From Candidatus Hodarchaeota archaeon (lineage in GTDB: Archaea > Asgardarchaeota > Lokiarchaeia > Sigyniarchaeales > SOKP01), in NCBI GenBank assembly GCA_048887225.1, contig JBHLJY010000007.1, positions 62,021-126,020 on the forward strand: a stretch of 64,000 bases of DNA, written 5' to 3'. The stretch's first letter is position 1, and every line of letters begins with the position of its first letter. Position numbers and translations under genes: made by a program. The notes under the pieces were generated by a model. The model had not been told where the DNA came from and ran no database searches. It saw nothing but the letters and a program-made list of their open reading frames with translations. Below, in pieces: positions 22,531-31,979 of this stretch.

Positions 22531-23481
22531 ATGCCCGTTGAAGATTTTAAAGAAAAATTGAAGAATGTAAAACAGCTTAAAATATCGGAAAATACAAAAA
22601 TTGATGAATTAATTAAATCTTTTAAAGATACGGGATTTAACGCCAAACGTTTAGCTTTAGCATGTAAAATTTATAAAGAAATGGTTGATGATAAAGATTG
22701 CGTTAAATTTTTTGGATTAGCAGGCGCCCTAGTACCTGCAGGAATGCGAGGAATCATACATGATTTTATTAAGGAAGGTTTTATTAATGTATTTGTTACA
22801 ACGGGCGCAACCTTAACGCACGATATTGCTGAAACTCTAGGTTATCATCATCTTCAAGGAGATGTTAATATTAGTGAGATTGATGATTCAAATTTGCGTG
22901 AAATAGAGATAAATAGAATTTACGACGTTTTTCTGCCTAATAATGTTTATGAAGGGATTGAAAATTTTATTTCGCAATTAAAAATTCCCGATAACAATAT
23001 GTCTGTTAGTGCATTTTTAAAATATTTAGGAGAGCAAATATACGATAATACAAATTCAATTTTAAAGATCTGTGCGGAGAAGAACGTGCCTATATTTTGT
23101 CCAGCTTTTACAGACTCAGGACTAGCGCTACAATTGGGATTTCATAATCAAACATTGAATCTTAACCATTTTAAAGACATGCTCGAAATGGTTAATTTAG
23201 CTTGGGAAGCAAAGAAAGCTGGTGTATGTATTGTTGGAGGTGGAGTGCCTAAAAATTTTATTATGCAATCGCTTCAATTTTGTCCAAACGCAGCTTCTTA
23301 TGCTATTCAAATAACTATGGATCGACCGGAAACTGGCGGCCTTAGTGGTGCTACATTGCAAGAAGCAATTTCATGGGGAAAAGTAAGCAAGAAAGCTAAA
23401 TATTCTACAGTTATTTCAGACGCAACAATTGTGCTACCCTTAATCTTTTGGTATCTAAAAACATTAAAAAAAGCTCATTAG
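22531..23481 (+). CDS. dys: Deoxyhypusine synthase
   Basis: GFNA..L, TTGA.L.HD, GGGVPKN, GGLSGA..EAISWGK, DATIVLP. Confidence 0.93.
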   Translation: MPVEDFKEKLKNVKQLKISENTKIDELIKSFKDTGFNAKRLALACKIYKEMVDDKDCVKFFGLAGALVPAGMRGIIHDFIKEGFINVFVTTGATLTHDIAETLGYHHLQGDVNISEIDDSNLREIEINRIYDVFLPNNVYEGIENFISQLKIPDNNMSVSAFLKYLGEQIYDNTNSILKICAEKNVPIFCPAFTDSGLALQLGFHNQTLNLNHFKDMLEMVNLAWEAKKAGVCIVGGGVPKNFIMQSLQFCPNAASYAIQITMDRPETGGLSGATLQEAISWGKVSKKAKYSTVISDATIVLPLIFWYLKTLKKAH

Positions 23482-23515
23482 ATATATATATTACTCAAAA
23501 TAAGAAAAGGTTTAA

Positions 23516-23980
23516 TTAATAAAAAGTACCTTTTAATTTTTGTTCGATTGTTTTTGTATCTGAACCAAATATTTCATCAAGATTTCTCCTAAAATTTTTA
23601 AATTGAGATATTTCAGACAAATTTTTTCCATCGTATTTTGCTTTAAATTGACCTATCACTTTCTTTAATGAAGGTTGAACAATTTTGTGAATAGCTTTAT
23701 CTATTTTTTTCTCTTTATCTAATATAGCGTAAGAAATTATACTTTCTGGATCTGGACTGTCAGAAGGTTTGATTTGGTCATCAATAAAAGCGATAATATA
23801 CTTTTTCATTTCAAAATATTCCACTAGATCTGTTGAAAATGAGATTTCAGCGAAATCTTTGAGTGCCATTAATAAACTAGCACGAAGATCAGCATCGATT
23901 TGTTCTACTGAAGTTTTATGATAGCTCGCATTTGCTAAAGTAAATCCTCTGAATAATATTCCAGCTTCGCGAATGACCAT
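23516..23980 (-). CDS. Longin/roadblock-like small protein
   Basis: beta-beta-helix (DL.ASLL.AL..F)-beta-beta-beta-helix pattern ending F..F. Confidence 0.5.
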   Translation of the reverse strand: MVIREAGILFRGFTLANASYHKTSVEQIDADLRASLLMALKDFAEISFSTDLVEYFEMKKYIIAFIDDQIKPSDSPDPESIISYAILDKEKKIDKAIHKIVQPSLKKVIGQFKAKYDGKNLSEISQFKNFRRNLDEIFGSDTKTIEQKLKGTFY

Positions 23981-24133
23981 TTTAAAATTATAATTTCTAT
24001 ATTTTTGGAAAGAAATTATATTATATATTATTATATATAGCTTGATAATAAATTTAATTGGTTCTAAAAGAATTTCTTTTTATATGAATTATAAAATAGA
24101 TAATTAGAAAAAATTCAATTTTTATATCATCAG

Positions 24134-24763
24134 ATGAAAAATAAGAACCAAATAAATCCTTATGATATTTGTACGTGGCGTCCTATATCTGAGTGTAATA
24201 ATTGCACGCTAAAAGGTTATCTAAAATGTCATTTTAAAAAAAAAAATTTGTTAAATTTTATAGGATTATTTCTATTATTCGCCATACCCGCTTTTGCTGG
24301 AGTAATTATTGCAGATTATGGATGGTATCTTTTAGGATGGATTGCGTTTTGGATATTTTTTTTTGAGTTCTGGGAAATTCGAATCCTGTGCAGTCATTGC
24401 CCGTTTTATGCAGAAAAAGGAAGATTTATTCATTGTTTTGGTAATTACAAAAGTTTAAAAGTATGGAAATATCACCCTGAACCCATCAGCCGTAGCGAGA
24501 AGATACAGCTTTTAATAGGATTTCTAATCTTTTTTGGATACCCGTACATCTTTATGATACTTGGGAAGCAATATGTCTTTATAATACTTACTTCGATTGG
24601 GTTAATTATCTTTCTTGGAGTTTTAATTAAACGAAGATGTGCTAAATGTATTAATTTTTCTTGTATTTTTAATCGAGTTCCCAAAGAAGTCGTTGATGAA
24701 TTTCTCAATAAAAATCCGATAATGAAAGAAGCTTGGGAAAAAGCAGGTTATCGATTGAGTTGA
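24134..24763 (+). CDS. Cys-rich four-TM membrane protein
   Basis: Three Cys clusters (CxxC; CSHCPFY; CAKCINFSC) alternating with TM pairs. Confidence 0.7.
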   Translation: MKNKNQINPYDICTWRPISECNNCTLKGYLKCHFKKKNLLNFIGLFLLFAIPAFAGVIIADYGWYLLGWIAFWIFFFEFWEIRILCSHCPFYAEKGRFIHCFGNYKSLKVWKYHPEPISRSEKIQLLIGFLIFFGYPYIFMILGKQYVFIILTSIGLIIFLGVLIKRRCAKCINFSCIFNRVPKEVVDEFLNKNPIMKEAWEKAGYRLS

Positions 24764-24904
24764 TTGTCTAAATATTTCCCATATAATTTCATCAATTAAG
24801 AGGCTGTAAATTAGAATAAATTATCTCAGAAAATTAAATGTTTATATAAGATTAGGGGCAATTTTAATATATTAAGTCTTTAAATTACAAATGAGGTATA
24901 TACA

Positions 24905-25168
24905 ATGGCGAGAGATTTTACAGTTGCAGATGTATTAGGAATAATAGCTATAATAGTAGCTATAATAGGATTAATCTTTGAACCTTTAATACTAGGCGTT
25001 GTTGCTATAATCTTAGCGTTAATAGGATTGTATCTAGTTAGAGGTTCTGATAGAAAAAACATTTTTTGCATAATAGGATTAATTCTCGGTATAATTTCTG
25101 TGATTTATGGCATAATTATACTTATTATGCGTTTAACGCATGTACCTCCAGGTCAAGCAAAAAAATAA
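24905..25168 (+). CDS. Small membrane protein ending in HVPPGQAKK
   Basis: GAGGT RBS before ATG, three hydrophobic segments, T-tract after the stop. Confidence 0.7.
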   Translation: MARDFTVADVLGIIAIIVAIIGLIFEPLILGVVAIILALIGLYLVRGSDRKNIFCIIGLILGIISVIYGIIILIMRLTHVPPGQAKK

Positions 25169-25308
25169 ATTCTTTTTTTTTTTCTTATTTTAAATCAAAA
25201 TTATCATTAAAATATCTTAATTTTCCAATGGAAACCAACCAAGAAATCGAAGAGTTTTTAAATGAACTCGATCGAGAGAAAGTAAAGAAACAGAAATAAG
25301 ATGTTGAA

Positions 25309-26493
25309 ATGATCGATAAAAAAAAAATTAAATCTTGTGCAGAGAATATAACAAAATGTGTCAATATTAAGGAAGGTGAATGTGTCTATATTAAGGGTGG
25401 TGTTTATTGCCAAGAACTTCTAGAAGAGGTTGCTTTAGAAGTTTTAAGAAAGGGAGGTCTTCCTCATATAAGTTCAACCACAGATTATTTTTCAGAAATG
25501 ATTTATAGTGAAGAGCAGATAAAAATAGAGACATTGGAAAAGACTCCAATTCACATTCTAAAACTTATTGAACATCTCGATGTTTATATCGTTATTGAAC
25601 CTTTCGAGGATCCTTCATTACGAAATAAATTTCCCAGAGACAAATTATTTGCATCATCAAAAGCATCAGCACCAATAAAGGATATTTTATATGGAAGTAA
25701 AAAGGAGTACGCTCCCGGAAAAAAATGGTGTTACGCAGGTTTTCCGTCTAAAAAAGCAGCAGAATTTTATAATATCAATTATGACTTATATGAAAAATTT
25801 ATTGTTGATGGAATGAGTGTTCCTATTGAAGATTTAATGAAGATTACCAGAAATTTAGGAAAAAACTTTGAAAATGCAAAAAATGTTCATATTAAAGATG
25901 AATTAGGAACTGATTGCTGGGTTTCAATTGAAAATCGCAGGATTAATTATGATGCGGGTATGTTAACGGATGAAATGATTGCTGTAGGAGATTTAGGTGG
26001 AAATCTGCCCGCGGGAGAAATCTTTATTGCTCCAAATGAAAATTTGGGCGAAGGTAAGCTTTTTTGTCCATTAACGATTGATAGATATAGTAATAAGATC
26101 TTGAAAAATGTAGAATTATATTTTAAAGATGGAGTACTACAAGTTGATAAGGTTTTAGCTGATAATGATTTGAAAGATTTAATATCAAGCTTTAAAGAGT
26201 GTGAGGAAATTGATAAAACCAAAGATCTTGCTGAAATAAGAACATATAATGTAGCAGAGCTCGGAATTGGGTGTAATCCGAAGATAACTCAAGCAATTGG
26301 TTATATCCTAACCGATGAAAAAATTACAGGTAGCGTTCATATAGCCTTTGGATCAAATAAAATGTATGGTGGTACATCCATATCTCAAATGCATTGGGAT
26401 TTTGTAACAGCACCTAAAGCGAATATTACAATTGAATATAAAAATGGGGCAAAAAGAATTATAATGGAAGAGGGTAACTTAATCGAAGAGTAA
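25309..26493 (+). CDS. M29 (AmpS/AmpT-like) aminopeptidase
   Basis: NLPAGEIF.AP, AELGIG.NP, DEK..GSVHIAFG, HWD. Confidence 0.92.
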   Translation: MIDKKKIKSCAENITKCVNIKEGECVYIKGGVYCQELLEEVALEVLRKGGLPHISSTTDYFSEMIYSEEQIKIETLEKTPIHILKLIEHLDVYIVIEPFEDPSLRNKFPRDKLFASSKASAPIKDILYGSKKEYAPGKKWCYAGFPSKKAAEFYNINYDLYEKFIVDGMSVPIEDLMKITRNLGKNFENAKNVHIKDELGTDCWVSIENRRINYDAGMLTDEMIAVGDLGGNLPAGEIFIAPNENLGEGKLFCPLTIDRYSNKILKNVELYFKDGVLQVDKVLADNDLKDLISSFKECEEIDKTKDLAEIRTYNVAELGIGCNPKITQAIGYILTDEKITGSVHIAFGSNKMYGGTSISQMHWDFVTAPKANITIEYKNGAKRIIMEEGNLIEE

Positions 26494-26537
26494 ATTCATA
26501 TTTCTTTATATTATTAATTAAAAAACTACTTTCCGTT

Positions 26538-27023
26538 TTATAAAGAGTAATTTTCCAAAAATTGTACAATTTCTTCTAGCACTAATTTTTTAAATGTTAT
26601 TCTGTCTGCTTTAAAGTTATGTTTTTTAACCATTGTTTCTTTCATTGTTGAATAACTAATATACACTAAACCAACAGGTTTTTCTGGACTCCCTCCTTTT
26701 GGGCCAGCAATGCCCGTAATTCCAATACCTATATCACATGGTTTCGACATTATTCTAACGTTATAAGCCATTTGTATTGCTACTTCTTCTGATACAGCAC
26801 CATATTCTTCAATATATTTAGGATTTATTTTTAGGATATCAATTTTAGCTTGATTTCCATAAGAAACGATTCCTCTTTCAAAAGTTTTTGATGCTCCCGA
26901 TATGCTTGTAAACATATGTGATACATACCCTCCAGTACAAGATTCAGCAATAGCAATCCAAATATTATTCTCAGAAAATTTATGGATAATTTTTTTAATT
27001 CTTTCATTAAGATCTTGGGACAT
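26538..27023 (-). CDS. pncC: Nicotinamide-mononucleotide deamidase (CinA C-terminal / PncC)
   Basis: AESCTGG, GAS..F, Y.N.AK, GAVS, ITGIAGP.GG..KPVG. Confidence 0.92.
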   Translation of the reverse strand: MSQDLNERIKKIIHKFSENNIWIAIAESCTGGYVSHMFTSISGASKTFERGIVSYGNQAKIDILKINPKYIEEYGAVSEEVAIQMAYNVRIMSKPCDIGIGITGIAGPKGGSPEKPVGLVYISYSTMKETMVKKHNFKADRITFKKLVLEEIVQFLENYSL

Positions 27024-27170
27024 TATTCTCAAATTAAATGTATAAACTTTTTTAATATCAATTTTTTATAAAACTACAACTAATAAAAATTAATAAACAC
27101 TAGAAATAACATAATTCTGAATTTAAAAATTAATAATTATAATCGGAAAAAAATTTAACAGAGTGATTGA

Positions 27171-27704
27171 ATGAGTCAAAATGAGAACGCATTTGTATTC
27201 AAAATAACTGTAATTGGAGATGGAGCTGTAGGAAAAACTTCTTTAATTAAGAAATACACCCAAGGTTCATTTCAAAAAGATTATATTAAAACTTTAGGAG
27301 CACAGTTTTCTAAATATGACGAGGAAATAGATGGCGATAATGTCAAATTATTTTTTTGGGATATTGCCGGTCAGGCGGAATTTATGTTTATGCGCCCTAC
27401 TTTTTATAAAGGGTCAAAAGCAGCTATCATTGTATTTTCTCACGCCCCTGGAGAAGAAGAAAGTTATGAACACGTTGTTCAGTGGCATGATGATATCAAA
27501 AATTTCTGTGGAGATTTACCTATAGTATTATTTGGAAATAAACTTGATTTAGTTAACGAGAAGAATTTAGATGATAAAAAAGTACAAGATTTAATAAAAG
27601 ACCGAAATTTCCTTGGATATTATAAAACTAGTGCAAAAACTGGTAGTGGAGTGTATAAAGCTTTTCAAGCAATAATAAGGGAATTATATAATAAATATAA
27701 ATAA
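27171..27704 (+). CDS. Rab-like small GTPase
   Basis: GDGAVGKT, TLG, WDIAGQ, GNKLD, TSAK. Confidence 0.93.
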   Translation: MSQNENAFVFKITVIGDGAVGKTSLIKKYTQGSFQKDYIKTLGAQFSKYDEEIDGDNVKLFFWDIAGQAEFMFMRPTFYKGSKAAIIVFSHAPGEEESYEHVVQWHDDIKNFCGDLPIVLFGNKLDLVNEKNLDDKKVQDLIKDRNFLGYYKTSAKTGSGVYKAFQAIIRELYNKYK

Positions 27705-27734
27705 AGGCGCCTAATACCTATTTTGACGATATAG

Positions 27735-28028
27735 ATGTATACTGACCAAGAATATCCTAAGATCCTATTTTTTTCATCTAATCATTGCGCACCTTGTAAA
27801 CCTGTTGAAGAAATAATAAAAAGAATTAATATTTCAATGTTCGGAAAAAAATTATATATAGAAAAAATTGATATTGAAGAGAGTGCAAACAGAAATGTCA
27901 TACAAAAACACCGAATAACGACAATACCCACAATAATTATTGCAGACAGAAGACTCACCAAAAACATTCAAGAGGAAGAAATTATTGATGCTATTCTCTA
28001 CGGCTTCATTTCGTCAGTTAAAATATGA
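27735..28028 (+). CDS. Thioredoxin/glutaredoxin-like protein
   Basis: CAPC motif and cis-Pro motif IPT. Confidence 0.85.
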   Translation: MYTDQEYPKILFFSSNHCAPCKPVEEIIKRINISMFGKKLYIEKIDIEESANRNVIQKHRITTIPTIIIADRRLTKNIQEEEIIDAILYGFISSVKI

Positions 28029-28080
28029 ATAAAATCAAAAAAAGTAAAATGAATATTAAATATAAAATAATTTACAAAAA

Positions 28081-28569
28081 GTGAAAAATATGGACCGCCA
28101 ATTATTATCAAAAATATTGTCACAAATGAAAAAACATCTCAAAGAAAAGAAGGAAATAGGGGATATGAAAGTTGGAGCTTTACTAGCTTTGGGACACCAA
28201 TTAGAAGCTATATTTTATTATTTAGGCCACGAATTAGGAACTATTCTAAGTGTTAAACGAGTTAAAGATGTAAAACATATTCCCGAAGCGTTAAAAAAAA
28301 TAATTTCGGAATATAATATTGGAGATATTACAATTACGGAAAGTAAAGAAGAAATAGTTTCATTAAAATTGAAAGGGCACTCTTCTAGTAAAGATTTAAT
28401 TGGAAAAGGTATAAAAGCAGAAGGAAATTTTTGTTCTTTTGAAGCAGGGATGCTAGCTGGGATTGTCGAACGAATGAGTAATATCCACTGCTTTGCTCAA
28501 GAGTTAAATTGTAGTTTACAATCCGGAGAAGGTGCATGCGAATTCATGATAGTATTTCAGAAAGATTAA
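28081..28569 (+). CDS. V4R-domain protein
   Basis: FY.LG..LG, C.FEAG.LAG, E..C....G...CEF signature. Confidence 0.88.
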   Translation: MKNMDRQLLSKILSQMKKHLKEKKEIGDMKVGALLALGHQLEAIFYYLGHELGTILSVKRVKDVKHIPEALKKIISEYNIGDITITESKEEIVSLKLKGHSSSKDLIGKGIKAEGNFCSFEAGMLAGIVERMSNIHCFAQELNCSLQSGEGACEFMIVFQKD

Positions 28570-28661
28570 TTATTTTTAATCTCTCAAATATCATAAAATT
28601 ATTAATAATCGCGCGAATATTATAACGATATATAGAAAGTAAATTATCTTATTGATCGAAA

Positions 28662-29192
28662 ATGACTGAAAGAAATTATGTTGTTAAAATTTGTTTGTTA
28701 GGGGAAGCAAATGTGGGAAAAACTTCATTGGTGTATAGATTTATTGAAAATAAATTCAGAGACAACTATAAAAGTACTCTGGGAGTTAATCTTTTAAAGA
28801 AAGATCTCGATATTGATAATTACACGGGAGTTTCGGCTCAAATATGGGATCTTGGAGGGCAAGAATCTTTTAAAAGTCTAAGGAAATTATATTTAGAGGG
28901 AGCCAATGGTGCTCTTATAGTTTACGATACAACAAAAAGAAAGACCTTTGATAGCCTCAGCGATTGGGTTCAAAGCTTTCGAGAATCAAGGGGAGATCAA
29001 CCGTTATTATTAATAGGAAATAAAATTGATTTAAAAAATAAGATAAAAATCGACGAAAAAGAAGCTAAAGAATATGCGGAAAAAAATCAAATGGCGTTCC
29101 TTCTAACATCGGCAAAAACTGGTAATAACGTTGAAACAGCATTTAAAGAATTAATAAAGACTATCCTCGATAAAGCTATGTCGAATAAATAA
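28662..29192 (+). CDS. Rab-like small GTPase
   Basis: GEANVGKT, STLGV, WDLGGQ, GNKID, TSAK. Confidence 0.93.
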   Translation: MTERNYVVKICLLGEANVGKTSLVYRFIENKFRDNYKSTLGVNLLKKDLDIDNYTGVSAQIWDLGGQESFKSLRKLYLEGANGALIVYDTTKRKTFDSLSDWVQSFRESRGDQPLLLIGNKIDLKNKIKIDEKEAKEYAEKNQMAFLLTSAKTGNNVETAFKELIKTILDKAMSNK

Positions 29193-29403
29193 CTAGTAAA
29201 TCATTTTATTTCATATTTCCATTTTTAACAAATAAAAAAAATATGTTTAAAAATACTCTTCAAATTTGATGTTTTAAGGTTTATTTATTTTTAAAACAAT
29301 TCCTTTATAAAGGATACTTTACTTTATAAAAAATATAAAAAAAAAACCCATACTTTTTTCTTAATAAAACTCAATTTATCAAATATCTGCTTTAGATGTA
29401 ATA

Positions 29404-30054
29404 ATGTCAGAGGAAGAAGAAGAGGAAGAGGGCGAAGAAGAGGAAGAGAAGTATGATTATGAAACTGACTTAGATTATAAAATAGAGAATGTTGTAGCAA
29501 CTGTAAGCGTTGAGATTACTGAAAAGATCGACCTTAACCAAATTGCCCGAAAACATGCAGAAGTAGAATATAATCCAGAGAGATTTCCAGGATTAGTGAT
29601 GAGAATCGAAAAGCCACGTGCAACTATTCTTATTTTCTCTACTGGAAAAATGGTAGTTACCGGATTAAGAAGAGCAGCTGAGGCTCAAAGAGTTGTAGAA
29701 AAAGTAGTAAAAAATATTAGAAAAGCTGGAATTAAATTAGCTAATCCTGAAATTACAATTCAAAATATTGTCGCTTCTGGAGATCTTCATACAAACATTG
29801 ACTTAAATATGGCAGCGATTGTTATGGAATATGCAATGTACGAGCCTGAAGTATTCCCTGGTTTAATTTATCGGATGCAAGATCCTAAAACAGTATTTTT
29901 AATTTTTAGTACTGGGCGCATTGTGTGCACAGGTGCTAAACAAAAAGAAATTGTTAGGGACGCCGTTTTAAAATTAAACCAACAAGTCCGTGAACTGGGC
30001 GTTGCTAAAAAAGATATTGCCGAATCTGAATATCAAGATATAACTTTTATCTAA
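29404..30054 (+). CDS. tbp: TATA-binding protein with acidic N-terminal extension
   Basis: Two TBP repeats: IENVVA..YNPERFPGL..LIFSTGKMVVTG and IQNIVA..YEPEVFPGL..LIFSTGRIVCTG. Confidence 0.97.
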   Translation: MSEEEEEEEGEEEEEKYDYETDLDYKIENVVATVSVEITEKIDLNQIARKHAEVEYNPERFPGLVMRIEKPRATILIFSTGKMVVTGLRRAAEAQRVVEKVVKNIRKAGIKLANPEITIQNIVASGDLHTNIDLNMAAIVMEYAMYEPEVFPGLIYRMQDPKTVFLIFSTGRIVCTGAKQKEIVRDAVLKLNQQVRELGVAKKDIAESEYQDITFI

Positions 30055-30088
30055 TTTTTTATTTTTTCCCCTTATTTTTACAATATTT

Positions 30089-30370
30089 CTATAAAGAACC
30101 GCAAAATTTACGTTTAATAACATTTTGAAATTCTTTAAGAACCCTCTTATTGACTATTCCATCACCATTGTTATTATAAAGAAGCACTATTTCTCCTGAA
30201 CTTAAATCTTTAAATCCCGCAACTTCAAAATGATTATGACTATTAGCGCAAGAAATATATACCGAATCTTTTTGATTGTCGAAATTTAACTCTGAATCAC
30301 ATGTAGGACAATGATTTAGTTCAATTGATTGAATACTCCGCAATAATTTGTTCATTTCATCGCAGTACAT
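30089..30370 (-). CDS. Small hypothetical Zn-ribbon protein
   Basis: CPTC...C..S.H motif. Confidence 0.55.
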   Translation of the reverse strand: MYCDEMNKLLRSIQSIELNHCPTCDSELNFDNQKDSVYISCANSHNHFEVAGFKDLSSGEIVLLYNNNGDGIVNKRVLKEFQNVIKRKFCGSL

Positions 30371-30435
30371 AACAGGAAAAATTACTAAATCGTTAAAGAA
30401 AGAAAGTATTATTTGAATAATACTAAATTCAAATT

Positions 30436-30708
30436 TTAAAAGGAATAGTCAAAGTTTTTAAATTTATTTTGAGGCTCTTTAATTTCGTAATCAACTTTAT
30501 CAACATGTGCATATTTTGGACCTTTTTTAGAAAACTCAAGTAATTCAAGCAATTTTTCACGGGGTCCTTCTGCTTCAATATATACACTACCATCTGGCAT
30601 ATTTTTAACGTAACCAGTTAAACCTAATTTTCTAGCAACTTTTCGAGTCGTATAACGAAAAAAAACTCCTTGAACTAGTCCATAAACGTTAATAATAATT
30701 CGCTTCAT
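30436..30708 (-). CDS. acyP: Acylphosphatase
   Basis: G.VQGVFFR, GYVKN..DGSV, GP..A.V. Confidence 0.95.
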   Translation of the reverse strand: MKRIIINVYGLVQGVFFRYTTRKVARKLGLTGYVKNMPDGSVYIEAEGPREKLLELLEFSKKGPKYAHVDKVDYEIKEPQNKFKNFDYSF

Positions 30709-30733
30709 TTCAAATAATTAATTTCTTATTTAA

Positions 30734-31867
30734 TTATTTACTCACTAGCTTTTTCATAATATTAATATATTCATCTAAATCTTCTTTTAATATTTCAGGA
30801 TGAATATCCAGAGCAAAAACCTCCTCTGTTACTTTTTCTACGACTGGTAGATTAATCTTTGAATATTCAATATCTTTTCCATAAAAGGGACAAGACCATG
30901 GACAACCCTTAGGATATGCTATTTTTTCTTGAAATAATTTAGTCTGATATAATGGAATGGGATATAGTACTTTGCTCTGAGGAAATTTTTCTATGAAATG
31001 TTGTTTGTTTAATCCAATTATATTAGGTTGAATTCTTCCAATCCAATAATTAAAGGCGGGTTCACAATATTCTGGAACATAAGGAGGATCAATTCCATTG
31101 ATATCATTTACTTTATCTGTTAAATATTGTGCATTTTTATTTCGCGCCTTTACGTAATCATCTAACTTCCTTAATTGAACTCTTCCGATTGCTCCTTGAA
31201 TTTCAGTCATTCTATAATTCCAACCTAAACGATTATAAACATACCAAGAAGGTTCACCATGATGCCTGATTAATCTACATAACTCAGCTAATTTGTCATT
31301 ATTGGTGGTGATCATTCCCCCTTCTCCCGTAGTCATATTTTTAGAAGGATAAAAACTAAAAGCACTAAAATTTCCTAATGATCCTACTTTTTTGCCTTTA
31401 TATTTTGCTCCATGTGCTTGACATGCATCTTCAATAATATACAAATTATTCTCTTTAGCAATTTCCAAAAGAGGGTCCATATCAGCTGTTAATCCAGCTA
31501 AATGTACAGGAATTATTGCCTTGGTTTTATTTGTTATCCGTTTACTTATTGAATCTGGATCTAAGGTATAGGTTTTGTTGTCTATATCAGCAAATATAGG
31601 AATTGCGTTATTTTGCAAAATTGAGCTTGCCGTAGCTATAAAAGTAAAAGGAGGAACAATTATTTCATCACCAGGTCCAATTCCCAATGCTGCAATAGCA
31701 ATATGGAGGGCCGCAGTTCCAGAATTAACTCCAATAGCATGTTTTACACCAATATAATTTGCAAATTCTTTTTCAAAATTTTTTACGACATTTCCAGCTA
31801 ATAAGGTTAGCATCTGAGATTCAATTACCTTAATAACTTCTTTTTTTTCTTCCTCAGTAAGATTCAT
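30734..31867 (-). CDS. DegT/DnrJ/EryC1/StrS PLP-dependent sugar aminotransferase
   Basis: SGTAAL, FTFIAT, IEDACQAHG, SFYPSKNMTTGEGG. Confidence 0.93.
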   Translation of the reverse strand: MNLTEEEKKEVIKVIESQMLTLLAGNVVKNFEKEFANYIGVKHAIGVNSGTAALHIAIAALGIGPGDEIIVPPFTFIATASSILQNNAIPIFADIDNKTYTLDPDSISKRITNKTKAIIPVHLAGLTADMDPLLEIAKENNLYIIEDACQAHGAKYKGKKVGSLGNFSAFSFYPSKNMTTGEGGMITTNNDKLAELCRLIRHHGEPSWYVYNRLGWNYRMTEIQGAIGRVQLRKLDDYVKARNKNAQYLTDKVNDINGIDPPYVPEYCEPAFNYWIGRIQPNIIGLNKQHFIEKFPQSKVLYPIPLYQTKLFQEKIAYPKGCPWSCPFYGKDIEYSKINLPVVEKVTEEVFALDIHPEILKEDLDEYINIMKKLVSK

Positions 31868-31979
31868 TTTAGCCTCTTAAATCTTTATTTTTTTAAGATT
31901 TGATTATAGCACATATAAATAAAAAAAAGAATAGCCATCTTAAGAATGTGCTTATTAAAAAATAGAAAGGAAAGGCTTT

